Positions 36,663-49,879 of a stretch of 64,000 nucleotides of DNA are shown here, piece after piece. A program made the position numbers and the translations under genes. Every line of letters starts with the position of its first letter. Position 1 is the first letter of the stretch. The notes under the pieces were generated by a model, which was given only the letters and a program-made list of their open reading frames with translations, was not told where the DNA came from and searched no databases. The DNA comes from Eutreptiella sp. 'Long Island Sound 2002' (taxonomy: Eukaryota; Protista; Euglenida): assembly GCA_964036045.1 (NCBI GenBank), contig OZ038378.1, forward strand, positions 79,546,001 through 79,610,000, read 5' to 3'.

Positions 36663-38170
36663 ATGCCCCAGAAGAGGGGGAACCCGAAGAAGGCAGGACA
36701 GAAGGGGGCGAAGCAGGCCACAATCAACCTGCCCCCCGCGGACGCCAACGTGTCATCGTCCGATGACGACAATGAGGCCGCTGGGCAGGTCGCGCCAGAG
36801 GGGCTGGCGGGTGTGGTCCGCACCATGAAGGTCCTCGGGCAGCCGGTGTTGGAGTTGATCCCAGAAGGATTTACAAAGCAGGTTGTGAAGTTGGATGATG
36901 GGGATCTGAACCAGTGGCCACAACTGTCCGTGCGAATTCAGAACCTGTTGATGGCTGCGGAGAAGGACGGTGTGGTACATGTAGGAGTGGTGTACGACAC
37001 CACATGTGTCCGTTTGCCTCTCACCCCTGGGTCGCTCGCAACGGTCGCTCACACAGCCCACAAGCTGTTGTGTTCGAAGGTGGTTGCGGTTGTCATCAGG
37101 ATGTGTCGGGCAGATTCCGATATGATCCGCCGACTCGTGACCATCGTTTGTGGCAACGGCCCGTCCACCGAATGCTGGGCCACACAGCACATTTCAAGAA
37201 ACCAATGGGACAACAAACCGGTGCACCGGCTGCTCTGCAGCTTTTTGTAGATGAAGGCGGCCGTCAAGAAACCTACAACGGCAGATGTGCTGGTCATCTA
37301 TAAGGCCTTTAAAGGCCAAGACCGGGTCGGCCAGGGGCCAATGGTTGCATTGGTGGTGGCGCAGCTGCAGCACATTGTGCCAGATGTGACCCATCCCACA
37401 AAGTGGGAATCAACGGCCGACCGGGTCTACTTTCCGATGGATTCCCTCAGTCCAGCAATCACCACCAACCCACCTACACTGTCCATGGAGGTTCCGGCCG
37501 CTCCAAACCAAAGTGCGAACAACTATGATGTCCCTGGCTACCACCTCATGCAGGCCCTCTTCCCCCCGGAGATCCACGAGCAAGTGCAGAACATTGTCAT
37601 CCCGGATCGTCAGACGTTGGAGGAGTGGCCTATCCATGGTGCTGGTTATCGGGGGGTGCGACTGCAAACCCAACGGGACACGGTAACTTGCTTTCCTTTG
37701 CCGCTCCAGAACGCCTTGTACAACGCCATCTACGAGCAATCGATCTTCTGGAAGGACAGCGACACCTTGGGGACAATTCTGTATACCCGGCCAGAGTACA
37801 CGAATACGGAGGACCGGGCAGGATGTGAGCTACCTCACGGCATGCACCATTGGTCCCGCGCGTACACCCACGTGACGCACACAGTCATTGTCCCGCTACA
37901 GGACGTTGAGGGTGCGCAAGCACTGCAGGTGTAGGCGGGCTCACATCGTGGACAGTCGACCGCCACCAAGATGCACACCCTGTCGATGAAACTTGGGGAT
38001 GCCCTGCTCATGAACGGGCCTTTGTTCGTGCGGTTTGGTGGTGGTAAGAGCACGTACCTCGTCTTGACATTTTCTCCGCATGGGGTGCGCAAGGTTTTGC
38101 CGTGCGTGGAGGGTCCCGAGGTCATGGAGATGGCGTGCAGGCAGCCTCCACTACCGACACCACACGACAT
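36663..38170 (+). pseudogene. PhyH-fold (DSBH) protein of element E, lacking a recognisable HxD; two in-frame stops
   Basis: VPGYHLMQALF, TVIVPLQDV...LQV*AGSH, MKLGDALLMNG match the PhyH strand pattern. Confidence 0.6.
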
Positions 38171-38250
38171 GCAGGTGCACTCTATATTGGGGGAGGATTG
38201 GGATGTGCGGGTGTTGCCCCGGCAACGGCGTTCACTTGAATTGATATGTC

Positions 38251-39494
38251 ATGCATCAGCCGCTGAACCTCACGCCGGCCCCGAGCTTTGCGCAGGCTGC
38301 CTTGTGGGACATGCGGCGGCAAAGACTTTCCCTGCGGCAGCTACCGCATAGTTTCACCACGTCTGCCTGGTGCACGCCCATGGCAACTCTACTATCGCAG
38401 AGACGTGCGTTAAGTATGCCCCCGATCACAGACTTTAGCTTCGAGACGGAGACGTTGCAAGGGTCCCTTCTGCTTCGTGCCGAGGTGCGGGGATGCGAAA
38501 CGTCGTTAAAAAAAAATTGGAGGTGTGGTCGGTGCTCGAAGTGCACTTCGTCGCCCGATAAACCCCCATGTGGTGCACGTTGTGTGTTTTCCGTTTGTTA
38601 CACAGGTAATGTGGGCCACTCGGGCACCACAATCGCACCGTGGTCCAATTTTGGTGGTGATCGCGATCGATGGCACGGGAAGCCACAATCGGATCTTCGT
38701 GCACTTCAGCGGGGGGGATGTGAGGACCTCATCACCCTACGGTTCGTGGGTGTTCGTGCATGGTCCGGAGAAAAAGAGTGTCCTGCAGCGGTTGAGTGCG
38801 GTGGCCGAGTTGAACGATGAGATCAAAGCCGTACAACAAACAACGTAAATAGACAGCAACGGCTTTGAGTGTACCGTACAGTTGGAGATCATAGCCGCTG
38901 GGAATGGTCATGTGGCGTTTGGTGCGTGCAAGGGGTGGACCACTGCCCACCCCTTGGGGGTTGTGTGTTGGTTGTGTGGGAAGAGTCATGATGAGTGTCT
39001 GAACCAATTTGGCAGTGGACATGTAATAATTAAGGATGAGTGGGAGCATATTGGGGTGGTGTTGAGTGCCGTGAAACCCAAACAGAGGCCACCGGAGTAT
39101 GGGCTGCATGGGGCACACCACATGGTGTGCTGTGGATGCACAAGGCTTTACAATGCATTGTGTGACCAACATGCTTTTACAGAAAAAAGAGCGTCGGAGT
39201 GGGTCCAGTTCTACCTGGACCCCATAAGAATCCGAGCTCGAACAGTGACAGCCCACGATTTTGTTGGGGAGGAGAGGGAGGGAGTTCACATTGAACAGAG
39301 TGCGGCAGGGGAGTGGATTAAGGCTCAGGGATGGGATTGCATTGCCGATGACCTCCAAAACAGCAAGCTTTTGCAACACGACATTGTGCATAACGGTGTG
39401 CGCGTGCCATGGGGGGAGGGGTTCAGGCGGTGGGGGGTGCTTTTAGGAAAGACCGCTAACGTAGTATGGGAAAAGGGTTTTTTGACAGTGAATG
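38251..39494 (+). pseudogene. Element E transposase, 5' part (frameshifted)
   Basis: ALWDMRRQRLS (compare C: VLWGMRSSQLS), VIAIDGT, AAGNGH (D2 degenerate), CWLC, EYGLHG, VHIEQSAA, WEKGFLTVN. Confidence 0.7.
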
Positions 39495-40024
39495 CAGTGG
39501 GGGGGGGGGGGGGAGCAAAAAATTCACCCCGGCAGCCGAAATTTCAACCCAGTAGGGCGGGGACAAGTGTCGTGGTTGAAACAGAAAAACACCCAAAGTT
39601 GACAAAAGTTCCTGGTCCGGTGGGGTGTTTTTTTGGGACCGCCGTCGAGGTTGAAAAACTGCATGATAGCGGCGCAAAGTTCATCGCCCCCGATGGATTG
39701 CGGCATTGGAGGTCTTGGTGGACGGTTCATTAAACAAGGTAACTCTCCCTAAGCTTGGAAGCTTAGTCCCGCCAATGCAACTATGCCGCAATCCAGAGAT
39801 CCCTTGTTTGGGCAGTAGGCTATTTTTTTCTATGGCGTACTGCCCAAACAGGGGCCCCCGGGGGCGCCGTCCACACTTGTGCGTCTTGCTGATACGTTGT
39901 TCGTCCGTACGGAAGTGGGTCCGGGTAGGCCAAGGACTGATTCTGGTTTCACATCTACAAAATAATAGCGCAAACGTTGCTTGCTGGTGGTGATTCGTGC
40001 TTTGCTGGAGTGTGACTGAGCTAT

Positions 40025-43000
40025 GTGGTTGTATCCATGGCCTGTGGGAGTCCGGGACAGTGCGATAGTGCGAGCCTTGCCGTTGCCGCCGTTAACGTTG
40101 GATCCCCTCCTCCTTGGTTTTGTTGTACATACAATACAATCTTCCCTTTCCTCACAATACCTGATATGCGTGCATCTTTCCCCTTGCCTCCCATCAACGT
40201 TGCCGCAAGATGGCGCAACGGCGACATCCCGACAAAGAAGTGGCGGTGCCCCTGTGGCAAGGTCTTGCCCATAGTGCAGAACCCAGACAACAGGGCATTT
40301 AGCATCCACTGCTTGGGTACCCAGCATACCAACTGGGTGCGGTACGGCAAAGTTGTGCCGGAGTTCTTTCACGGTAGCATCAGCTCCGATACTCCCCTAC
40401 CGAGCATGATGATCCGTGTAGACAAGCATCCGCAGCTCCTAGGGGCTGTCCGGCTTGCATCTACATTGGCCGCATCTAGTGCAGCCGCTGTAGCAGAACT
40501 GGGCCCCATTCTTCAGATGCCAAACCTGGATGTAGATGATGCAATGGAGATGGACCCTTACCCTGACGCTGCGATTCCTCTCCGCGAGCGCAAATGTCCC
40601 GGCGTTCCCCCTAGGCAGGCTTGCACCCTGCAGCAGCTGCGGTGGATGTACCCCGTGCATGCACGGCAACTACGAGAAGCCACGTGGGGAGTTCTGCGAC
40701 CGCCGAGGGCTATACGCCCTGGATGGCCGCACAGATGGTCGTTGGACGACATGGAGGGCCGCTATGGTCCCTGTCTACCGTGCCTGGATTTGCTACCCGG
40801 GAAGTATGCGGCTAGGCTGAACAACTGGATGAACACCGCCATTGACCCAAAGGACACAGAGCCCCATTAACGGCAAGGGCCCCACGCCTTGTCCCGTCGC
40901 CTCAACGACGCTAAAGACAGGGGGTGCGTTGCCCAGGAGGCCCTGGGCCAGTTGCAGGAGGACTTGCACAAGTTCCGGCAGCTTTGCGCGACCTACAAGG
41001 CGCTCGCTGTTGCCATTGCGGAAGACGACCGTCCGCTTGCCGGGCGTCGTGGAGCATGGCTTTTGCAGGTCGGGTGGCCTCCAGCCAAAGTGTTGGGGCG
41101 CCTCTGCGATGCCCGGAGCGTGCAATCCTGGGATGCCTAGGACAGGGATACTCCGGCGGTAGCAGCACTGGGCGTTGGGGGGCCCAAGCTGTTGCAGGCA
41201 CTGAACAACGCTGGGTACCTGCCTAGCTACGACACGGGCCGAAGGCACGTCTAGGGAGCCCCCCGTGTTCGTCGGAACGAACCGCCACGTCTGCCCTCGC
41301 TGCTGGAGGCCCTAGGCCACATCCCGGGTTGCCATGTGTGGCACCTGTGCATCCATGAAATCCATTTCGAGGACGTCATCACTCTCCCTTGCGAGCCACT
41401 GGCAGTCGGATTGTGCGCCATGTGTTGGCCGCACCCCATGCCGCTGGCTAGTGGCGCCGATGTGGAGGCTCTGGCACAGGAGCTGGAGCAGGATCCAAAT
41501 ACATACCACGCCGCCAACCAGGCGACAGTGGTGTTTCTGGCTCCTCATACAGAGGAGGGGTACTCTGCCATCCGTGTGTGGGTCATCTCCACCTGCGGCA
41601 GGTCCAAGGCAGAGCATTGCTATTCTTTTCGGAAATACATGGCCGAGTTGTGCGGCAACGCAGCATTTTGGGACCTCAACGGTTTTCTCCCGTCCGCTGA
41701 TACGGACGGTGACGCACGGCGGTCCCGTGAGATGCAAGCGTCACTGTATGCCGAGGGTGGTAGCACCCTCCCCTGGATGCCTGAGATTCCACACATTCCA
41801 TTCCATACCGATGAGTTCGGAATGTGTGGGAACTTCGACCCCACCCATTTGATGAAACGGGTGTCCCGCATGTTGGGGGGTACCTCCCATGTTTTGTAGG
41901 GAGAGTTGTCTTATGGTGTGCTGCAGGAGCTGCATAACCATTGTAACGACCTTAAGGCTGTCTTACCCCCCCTGCCACAGGACAAACAAGAGGTTGAGCC
42001 CGCGTTTGACCTCCCGAAATCCATGGCTGCTATACGCCGCGCAGCCGTGCACAACCTTAACCTGCCGCCCCCTCTAGTCCATGCTGCCGGCGATGCCCTT
42101 TGTTTGGGTACGGCACTTGAAAAATTCATAGGGGGGGTTTATAACACAGAGCTGGCGCCAACGGTAGCACTGGAAAACATCGCTGAAGCTGGATACATCA
42201 TTTATCTCATCCAGCTTCGGTATCAACCATTCCGGGATAGCTGGTATTTGCATTTCGTTCGCACAGTCCAGGCGTTCCCGGTGATTGCCCCCCTTTTTGC
42301 AGTCGCTGGCGAAAAAGGGGTGTGGGGCACAAAAATTTTTGCTTGTCTGTGTGGCAACCAGAGGGCAGAGGACCGCTTCTGCCTTGTGAGGACAATGGTG
42401 ATCAACCGCAACTACTCGGTGGCTGAGCTTGCAGTACGGTTGTCGGCTGCACTGATTGTAGGCACAATTTACAGCCGCCACCCGACCTGGCAGCAGCAGC
42501 GGTCTCGCCATTCCTCATTGACTGCGCGCGGCCGCGCCACTACACGGCGGACATGGACATTAGCCGGGTGGACCCGCCCTCGGTGTGCCACAGGGCTACC
42601 GACATGGCTTTGGATGTTGTCCGTATGTGGTGGTCCGATGAGCGTACCCTGACCCTAAGGAGCACAACTTTTGCGAACCGTTCGGGGAGGGCCTTCTGCA
42701 TGTTGACCTTGATCATGTATGGGTGGCCCCAGGGGACAGTGGGGGTGGTGAAACAGAGTACGATGTGGATACACTCGCTGAGCTACTTTGGGAGGCTCAA
42801 GGGGGGCGAATTGTGTATCAGGGGCGCAACATGCATGTCATGAGTGCAGTAAATCTGCGCATCAACAGGAACCATGTCCGGCGGTTGGCTGACCGCCTTG
42901 CCAGTACTGCCGGCATTCCGGCTATAAGGGGGGGGCCGGAGCCCACAATGGGCAGGGCTCAGTTCCGGAAGGGCTGCCCGTTTGTGGCAATTTTGAACCT

Positions 43001-43193
43001 GCCAGGGCAACCACCACAAAGTGCGCCATTTTTGCTCACCTTTTCCTCTGCACTCATTGGGGGGCGGAGTGTCCCTCACCCCTCCCATCAGGAGCTCGCA
43101 ATGGGCGCGGCGTTTGTGATAGGGATGCCGCAGAGATTTGTTTGTAGGGAGGGGGATGGGATGCTCGTATGGGAAGGGGCGGGGGGAAACTGA
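40025..43193 (+). pseudogene. P-element/THAP9-like transposase, fragmented
   Basis: DTDGDARR, FDPTHLMKR (D-x2-H), QDKQEVEPAFDL, GNQRAEDRFCLVRT (E); in-frame TAG at 41897-41899 and frameshifts. Confidence 0.7.
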
Positions 43194-43699
43194 TGCAGGT
43201 GGAATATAAGGCCTGTGAGTGGGTGAACACTTACCTTGAAAAGGGGGTTCGGGCCTTGCAAGCGGGGTTCCTGGATAGCCGTGCGTAGCAGCTAACCCCC
43301 AAAACACAAGCCGCTCCCTTGCTGCCCAGGCAAGTTGCTGCCTGCGAGGGGGTTACGCTGCTGCCTGCAATGATTCGTAGGCGGGATGGGGAGGTTTGTG
43401 TCCCGCGTGCCTGGTTGTGGGAAGACAGTATCGCTGTGGAGGATACGGATTCACATTGCGTTCCACCTGCCCTCAGAAACACTCCACCCCCCTTGCTATG
43501 GATGTTGCGGGGAAACCGGCTGTGTCCTGCGTATGCGTCGCGTAAAGGGGGAGCCACATGCGCATCCGGTTTCTTGCGCAAATGGGTTTTTTTGTAAGTT
43601 CAGCATGCGGGTAGCCCGCAAGCAGGGTGTGGAGGTACCGCCTGTTGAGTGCCCCGTCTAGCGGTGCGGCTGGCAATGGCGGCACAACATGCGCCGCCA

Positions 43700-45610
43700 C
43701 TGTGAGCAGCAACACCCAGACCACCAGCTGCCTGAGGAGCGAGCCGTGCCATGGGACCGGGGCCCGGACGAGCTGATGTAGTTCATGGATGCATCACGCC
43801 ATTTTGCACACCCCAAGGGGCGCCGCAGCCACTGCAAAAGGAATCGGGACCAGTCGAGACGGGCACTGGCAGAACTGTGAGGGACAAGTTGGACGTTTTG
43901 GGGGTTCCGCGCCTTCCTTTTGGCTTGCAATGCATCCAATTGGTAGAGTGAAAACCCCTGCACTGCTGACTGGTGGCATTTGACATGTTGTGATCTGCTA
44001 ATGGGTACTTTAGGTTGAACGGAGGGCATGATTTGTACCCCAGGGGGTGCCGCAGCCATTGCAAAAGGAATTGGGACTATTGGGGACGGGCATTCGGAGA
44101 TCAGTGAGGGACCAGTTGGACGCTTTGGGATTTTTTCCCCCCTTTTTTGCCGTGCAATGCATCCAAGTGCTAGGGTGCAAAGGAGCATTGGAGGCACACA
44201 ACATTTGAAGTAGTGGCAATCAAAGGACTGTTTTGGAAGGAGCCTTTTTTCTTCTCCACTCCCTTTTGTAGTACCCCTACAGGTTGCTTATACAACGCCT
44301 GGGAAAGAAAAGAAGAGGCGGAGGACCCCAAAGATCACCCCATACCGGGGCAAGGAAGAGCATAAGAAGAAGGAGAACATGAAGAAGAAGAGAAGAAGAG
44401 AAGAAGAGAAGCAGAAGGAAGAGAAGAGGGAGAAGAAGGTGCAGAAGATTATCCCCTTTGAGGGGAAGGCGAGGAAGAAAGAAGAGAAAGAGGAAAAGGA
44501 GGAGAAGAAGGTGCAGAGGCTCATCCCCTTTGAAGGGAAGGCAAGGAAGGAAGAGGAGAAGGAAGAAAAGCCCATCCCCTTTGAAAGTATGGCAAAGAAG
44601 GAAGAGCAGAAGGAAGAAAACCTCTTCCCCTTTGAAGGGAAAGCAAGGAAGGAGGAGGAGAAGGAAGAAAAGCAGCGGAAGAAGGTGCAGAGGATCATCC
44701 CTTTTGAAGGAAAGGCAAAGAAGGAGGACAAGAAGGAGATTGCCACTTTGTTTGGCGAGCAAATGTTGGGCAGCATGCGTAGCGACTAGGTTGGGGTCGC
44801 CCCGGCAGCCGCAGCCCCGCCCCGCCTGTCGGCCTACCAACGGGCCGACCGGGGGAGCATTCGTCCCTTCCCCGGGTGAGTGAGCTCCACGTTCCACGGT
44901 GCCACAACGGTGTTTTTCAACACCACTAGGCCTTCCACCATGACATGAGATGGACAAAGCATTACTGCGGATGGTGGCACACACAGAGACTACTGCGGAT
45001 GATGGTGGATAGATAGCGAAAAGATTGTGAAAAGCCTCGCGCTGCTGACTGGTGACATTTGAAACGTTGTTGTCCGCTAATGGGAAGTCCGCTTTGAAGT
45101 GAGGCCATTCTGTGTACCCCATGGGGCACCGCAGCCACTGCAAAAGGAATTGAGACCGGTGGGGACGGGCACTCGGAGAACCGTGAGGAACAAGCTTGAC
45201 GCTTTGAGGGTTCATTGCCTTTTTTTGCTTGTAATGCATCCAGCTGGGAGGGTGAAAACGTCTGCACTGCTGACTGGCGAGATTTGAAACGTTGTGATCT
45301 GCTAATGGGGAGTCCGGGTTGAAGTGAGGGCATTTTCTGTTAACCAGGGGGCGCCGCAGCCACTGCAAAAAGAATTGGGACCATTGGGGATGGGCACAAA
45401 GAGAACTGTGAGGAACAAGTCTGACGCTTTGGCGGTTCATTGCCTTTTTCTGCTTGCAGCGCATCCAGCCGGTTGGGTGAAAACGTCTGCACTAGTGACT
45501 GGTGACATTTGAAATGCTGTGATCTCCTAATGGGGAGTCCGGGTTGAAGTGAGGGCATTATGTGTAAACTAGGGGGCGCCGCAGCCACTGCGAAAAGAAT
45601 TCAGACCGTT
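43700..45610. repeat. ~225-bp tandem repeat interrupted by a purine-rich block
   Basis: gcagccactgcaaaaggaattgggacc recurs near 43825, 44050, 45130, 45355 and 45580. Confidence 0.85.
44330..44790 (+). repeat. AG-rich tandem repeat (IPFEGKARKEEEKEEK-like units)
   Basis: cccctttgaagggaaggc recurs about five times. Confidence 0.85.
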
Positions 45611-45687
45611 GGGGACACGCACTCGGAGATCTGTTTGCCTGGCTTGTTTGCCTCCTTATGTGAAGACACATGTGTTGCTGACAAGCG

Positions 45688-47405
45688 TTGAGGGGATGGC
45701 CCCCACGACCTCCACCGAAAGAGGCACCCAAGAAACCAGAAGCTCAAGCAGCAGAGACGTCAAAAGAGGCAGCAGATGCACCAAGACAAGCAGCAGAGGC
45801 AGCCCTAGTGCCAAAGGAGGGAAAGCCACAAGCGGCAAAGGAGTCAGAAACGCAGCCGCAGTCAGCGACACAGCCGGCAGAGGCAGCAACGCCGACAGAA
45901 GCAAAGCCGCAAGGGCCATAGGTGACAGCAAACCAGCCAGCAGCGGCAAACAGCGCCGAAAATAGCAAAGCCGCAAGCGTTGAAGGAGGCAGCAAAGCAG
46001 CCAGCAGCGGCAGCAACGCCAAAGGAAGCAAAGCCGCAAGCGCCGAAGGAGGCAGCAAAGCAGCCAGCAGCGGCTGCAGCGCCAAAGGAAGCAAACCCGC
46101 GAGCGCCAAAGGAGGCAGCAAAGCAGCCAGCAGCGGCTGCAGCGCCAAAGGAAACAAAGCCGCAAGCGCCGAAGGAGGCAACAAAGCAGCCAGCCGCGAC
46201 AGCAGCGCCAAAAGAAGCAAAGCCGCAAGCGCCGAAGGAGGCAGCATAGCAGCCATCAAAGCAGTCAGTAGGGGCACCACCAACAAAGAAAGCACAGCCG
46301 CAAGCGCCCCAAAAGGCACCGGGAACGACGGAGGCAAAGCCGCAAGCGCAACCGGAGGTAAAAAAGAAGGCAGGACGGCAGCCTACGGAGGAGTGTCTGC
46401 AAGCCGGGGTTTCCATACCTAGCTGGGGAGCAGAGTCGGATGATTCCTCCTCAAGCGGGCACTCCGCCACCTTCTTTACCGCGGAGATCGGCGAGCTGAC
46501 GGACATAGTACTGGCAGCCTACAGGGCCGGGGGCCCACCACCACCGAATCCTAGCGAGTGGGATGTCCCACGGAAAGTTCGATTGCCCCAGTTGGACGGA
46601 GTTGGCAAGACAGAGAGTGGCGGAGGACGCACCGCACAGAATACCGCACCGCCGCAGCGAATGCAGCCGGGTTGGTGGACGAGGACCGGAAGCCCGTCCA
46701 TTTTACGGTGACGACGAAAATTGACATGGTGGCGAAGGCGACCGCACCGGCCTCATATTATTACATCGAAGGAACCATGAGGTCAGCCTGGGAGCTCAGC
46801 GAGTTTCTCCGGGTAGAGGAATGGCTGAGCGGACATCAGAATGCACCAGAGGCAAAGGCAGAGGCAGCAGCGGAGAAGGGACATGCAGCAGACCAGCCAC
46901 AACCATAGAAGGGACATGCCCCGGATCAGCCATCAGGAGAGAAGGCAACGTAGGCGGAGAAGGGACATGCTGCGGACCAGCCACAAGTACAACCCGAGAA
47001 GGGGGAAAAGGCAACACAAGGATCCGGAAGATCGGAACAAAGGCTGTGGAGCACGCCAGGACCCCCACCAGGGGCGCGGACGGTGGAACCCGCCATGAAG
47101 AAGGCGCCCCGCTCATCTGCGGGCCACCCAGTCGTGGCTGGTGACTCGGACTCGGACAATTCGGAGGAGTGGTCGGAGGAGTCGGTGGAGTCGGACACAA
47201 TTGCCAGCAAAGTACGAGACCACAAACCAAACCGGAACAAGACGCCGTACAAAGACAAAAAGACAGAGAGGAGGCGCAGAGAAAGATGGAAGCAAGAAAG
47301 GCGGAGGACAAGAAGGTCTTCGATGGCCTGAAGCGGCGGTACAAGAGGCAAGCCGCGGAACTCCAACGAATGTTCGAGTTACGGAAGAACTTGAGCGGCA
47401 CCTAA
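45688..47405 (+). pseudogene. P-element cargo: Pro/Ala/Lys/Glu repeats, MBD-like domain and coiled coil (fragmented)
   Basis: 63-bp unit KEAAKQPAAAATPKEAKPQAP; EWRRTHR...SYYYIEGTMRSAWELSEFL; EEAQRKMEARKAEDKK. Confidence 0.4.
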
Positions 47406-47899
47406 GATTTGGGCAATTTCCATTTGTGTCCCTTTTGTTGGAATTTTTGCCCTTCTTCCGTTCGTCCAAGCATGCCTTCTGTCGCCTATACTGGGTGGGT
47501 CGGAGTGTGCCGGTCGGACCCCAATTCTCGGCGACCCTCAACATGCAACCACGGGGGTAGCCCAGAGTGGCGCTAGAGAAGGTCGGGCATCGGTGCCCGA
47601 AGATGCTAGTTGGGCTAAGGCCACAATATATTGAGTGCAGCACACGGTGCACTACCCCCCAATCGACTTCTCGGGGTCTCCACTTTAGCCGTGCCCCCTT
47701 GCGACAAATCTTGCATCGCATCAGCAACATGGCGCCGATGTGAGTGACATGCAGTGGATGACAGAACAGGAGCAAGTGGTGAGGCTGTCCACAAGGTGGG
47801 TTGAGAATGCGACCAATGTGCGCGCCCCATCGCTCGCGGAGAGGAATCGGCAGCTGCACAGCTCCAACGCCGCCCTGGCCGAGTTCCGGAAAGGCGGCG

Positions 47900-48400
47900 G
47901 ACGCTGTGGAGGCCCCAAGGGGCCATGAGGCGCGCAGGCTGGTAGCCTGCAGGGCGCACCGGGCACCTGCCCAATCATCCGGTGGCATACCACAGCCCCC
48001 AGGATGATGGGGTCCTCCACCCCTGCCGGCCCAGCCGCCACTCGTTTGTGGTGGCTGTGGACCGGGAGGGCGACTAGACGTGGATTGTGCATCCGCTGCA
48101 CCTGCAGCCAGCGCACGACTTGGCAATGAGCTTCCAGCGAGCCGGATTCACGGTGCATGCCGTGCAAGAGCCCCGGCTGGAGAGGGTGGCCCAGAATCAG
48201 AACTGCTCCTACCTGGCGGTCAAAGCCGCCAGCGCGTTCATGTACAAGCCCACGGACAAGTGGAGGATCACCGAACCCAGCGACCTCTTGGACAAGGACA
48301 AGTCCATGATGGACAGCACCGGGAAGAGCGGCGTTCAACACTGGAATGGCTGCAGGGATGGAGCCAGATCAAGGTGCGGGCATAGTCCAAGAGACGGGGC
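47900..48400 (+). pseudogene. Possible Ulp1-like (C48) peptidase remnant
   Basis: RHSFVVAVD...VAQNQNCSYLAV loosely resembles the HW...Q-N-x-x-C motif order. Confidence 0.3.
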
Positions 48401-49879
48401 AATTGCGTCCCCAAGCGGCCCCAGATCGTCAGCACCGCGGAGACAACCCTGCAAGAAGGATTGCGCGCGCGCGGGTACGGAATGCAGAGCAAGGAGGTGA
48501 TGATGGCGGCTGTGGCGAGGCGCAGTGGATGGGCCCTCGACGTGATGAGGAGCGTGGCGGCCGGCTCCGAACCGGTGCTCATGCTCGGCGCCCCGGACAT
48601 GGAGTTGAGGTACTGTAGTACCTCGCGGGCGCAGGAGTTGCTGGGCTTGGCGCACCGAAGTCGGTAGTGGAGCAGGAGCAAGACCCGGAAGGAGGAGACG
48701 GTGGCGAAGATGCGGTGGCTGGTGCTGATGGTCACGGAAACGGAGAGTGACGCGGTCGTCGGCATGCGGGCGCGTGGGCGACCAAGGAGGCAAGAGACCA
48801 AGCAGGCAAGCAAGAGAAAGGAGGAAGAAGCGGAGCAAGAAGAAGAGGAGGAGGAAGAGGAGGAGGAGCCTACGCACAAAAGAAAAAAGTGTTGAAGCGG
48901 ACCCAGATGGTGGATAGGGACAGTGGCCAGCGTACCACGGCACTGGTGACTGCCCTGTGGCGTGCGGCGTGCATCCGGCAATGGTTCGTGCAGCCCGCCA
49001 TTGTCTAGTGCCGGGGGGGCAGACCGTGCAAAGCCCCGCCCCGTCATCGTCCTCCACTGCGCGGCCACTCCGGTGGAGGTGGCAGGCCCGCCGGTGTGTG
49101 GTGGTGGGACCACAGCCAATGTTGGGGAAGGGACGTGCGCCATTGGGTGGTTCCAGTGTTGTGGCAGCGGGACCAAGAGGGGAAGGACACGGGTGCAGAT
49201 GAGAACCGTAGGGGGCATGGGAGCCAGAGAAGCAAAAGAAGCGGCAATGCAAGGGCGATGCAAGCACGATGCAAGGGCGCCACACCGGCGATGCGCGGAG
49301 GACCCCGTTGGCCTTACCCTGGCAGCCACACGGATGAGGAGCTGACCTGAGGTGGAAAGGGAGGAGGGAGCAGGAGAACAATGTGCCTGTGCAGTATGAC
49401 CAACTACTGCGCAGGACAGGGCTGGCTCACTAGGACAAGGTACAGACAGGGAGGCAAACAGGCCAAGTGACCGTGACCGTGACCCACAACAGGGAGGAAA
49501 GGAGGCGAGATGGGTGGCGCCGAGAAGGGGGAGCAACAGAGAACGGGGATGATAATGGGACGAGACGGAGGAGGGCAAGAGGGGAGCGAGGGGGCAGGCC
49601 CCCCGCCAACAACAGAGGGTGGAGAAGATGGTGGACAGAGGGACTAGAGGGAAGGGGGCAGAGGGAATGGCGGCGGGCTGGGGGGTTGGGAACCCGGTTC
49701 CGTGAGTCTGCTCCGCGATCAGGGGCATGTGATTGGCCACGCGTGGCCATGGTAGCCGGGGCAGCCTTCACAGGAATTCACTGCAGTTCCTGTGGAGCTG
49801 GCGGAGCACGGGAGAGGGTTGGGGTGCTTGTCGTGCATATCGTCCATGTTCGCTCCAGAAGCTGTCCACACGTATCAAG

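Noticed and set aside
45656-46506. Cys/Leu/Arg-rich minus-strand ORFs
   Set aside because: Antisense readings of the 63-bp tandem repeat.
48268-49740. 490-aa minus-strand ORF
   Set aside because: Low-complexity antisense of purine-rich sequence with no domain signal.
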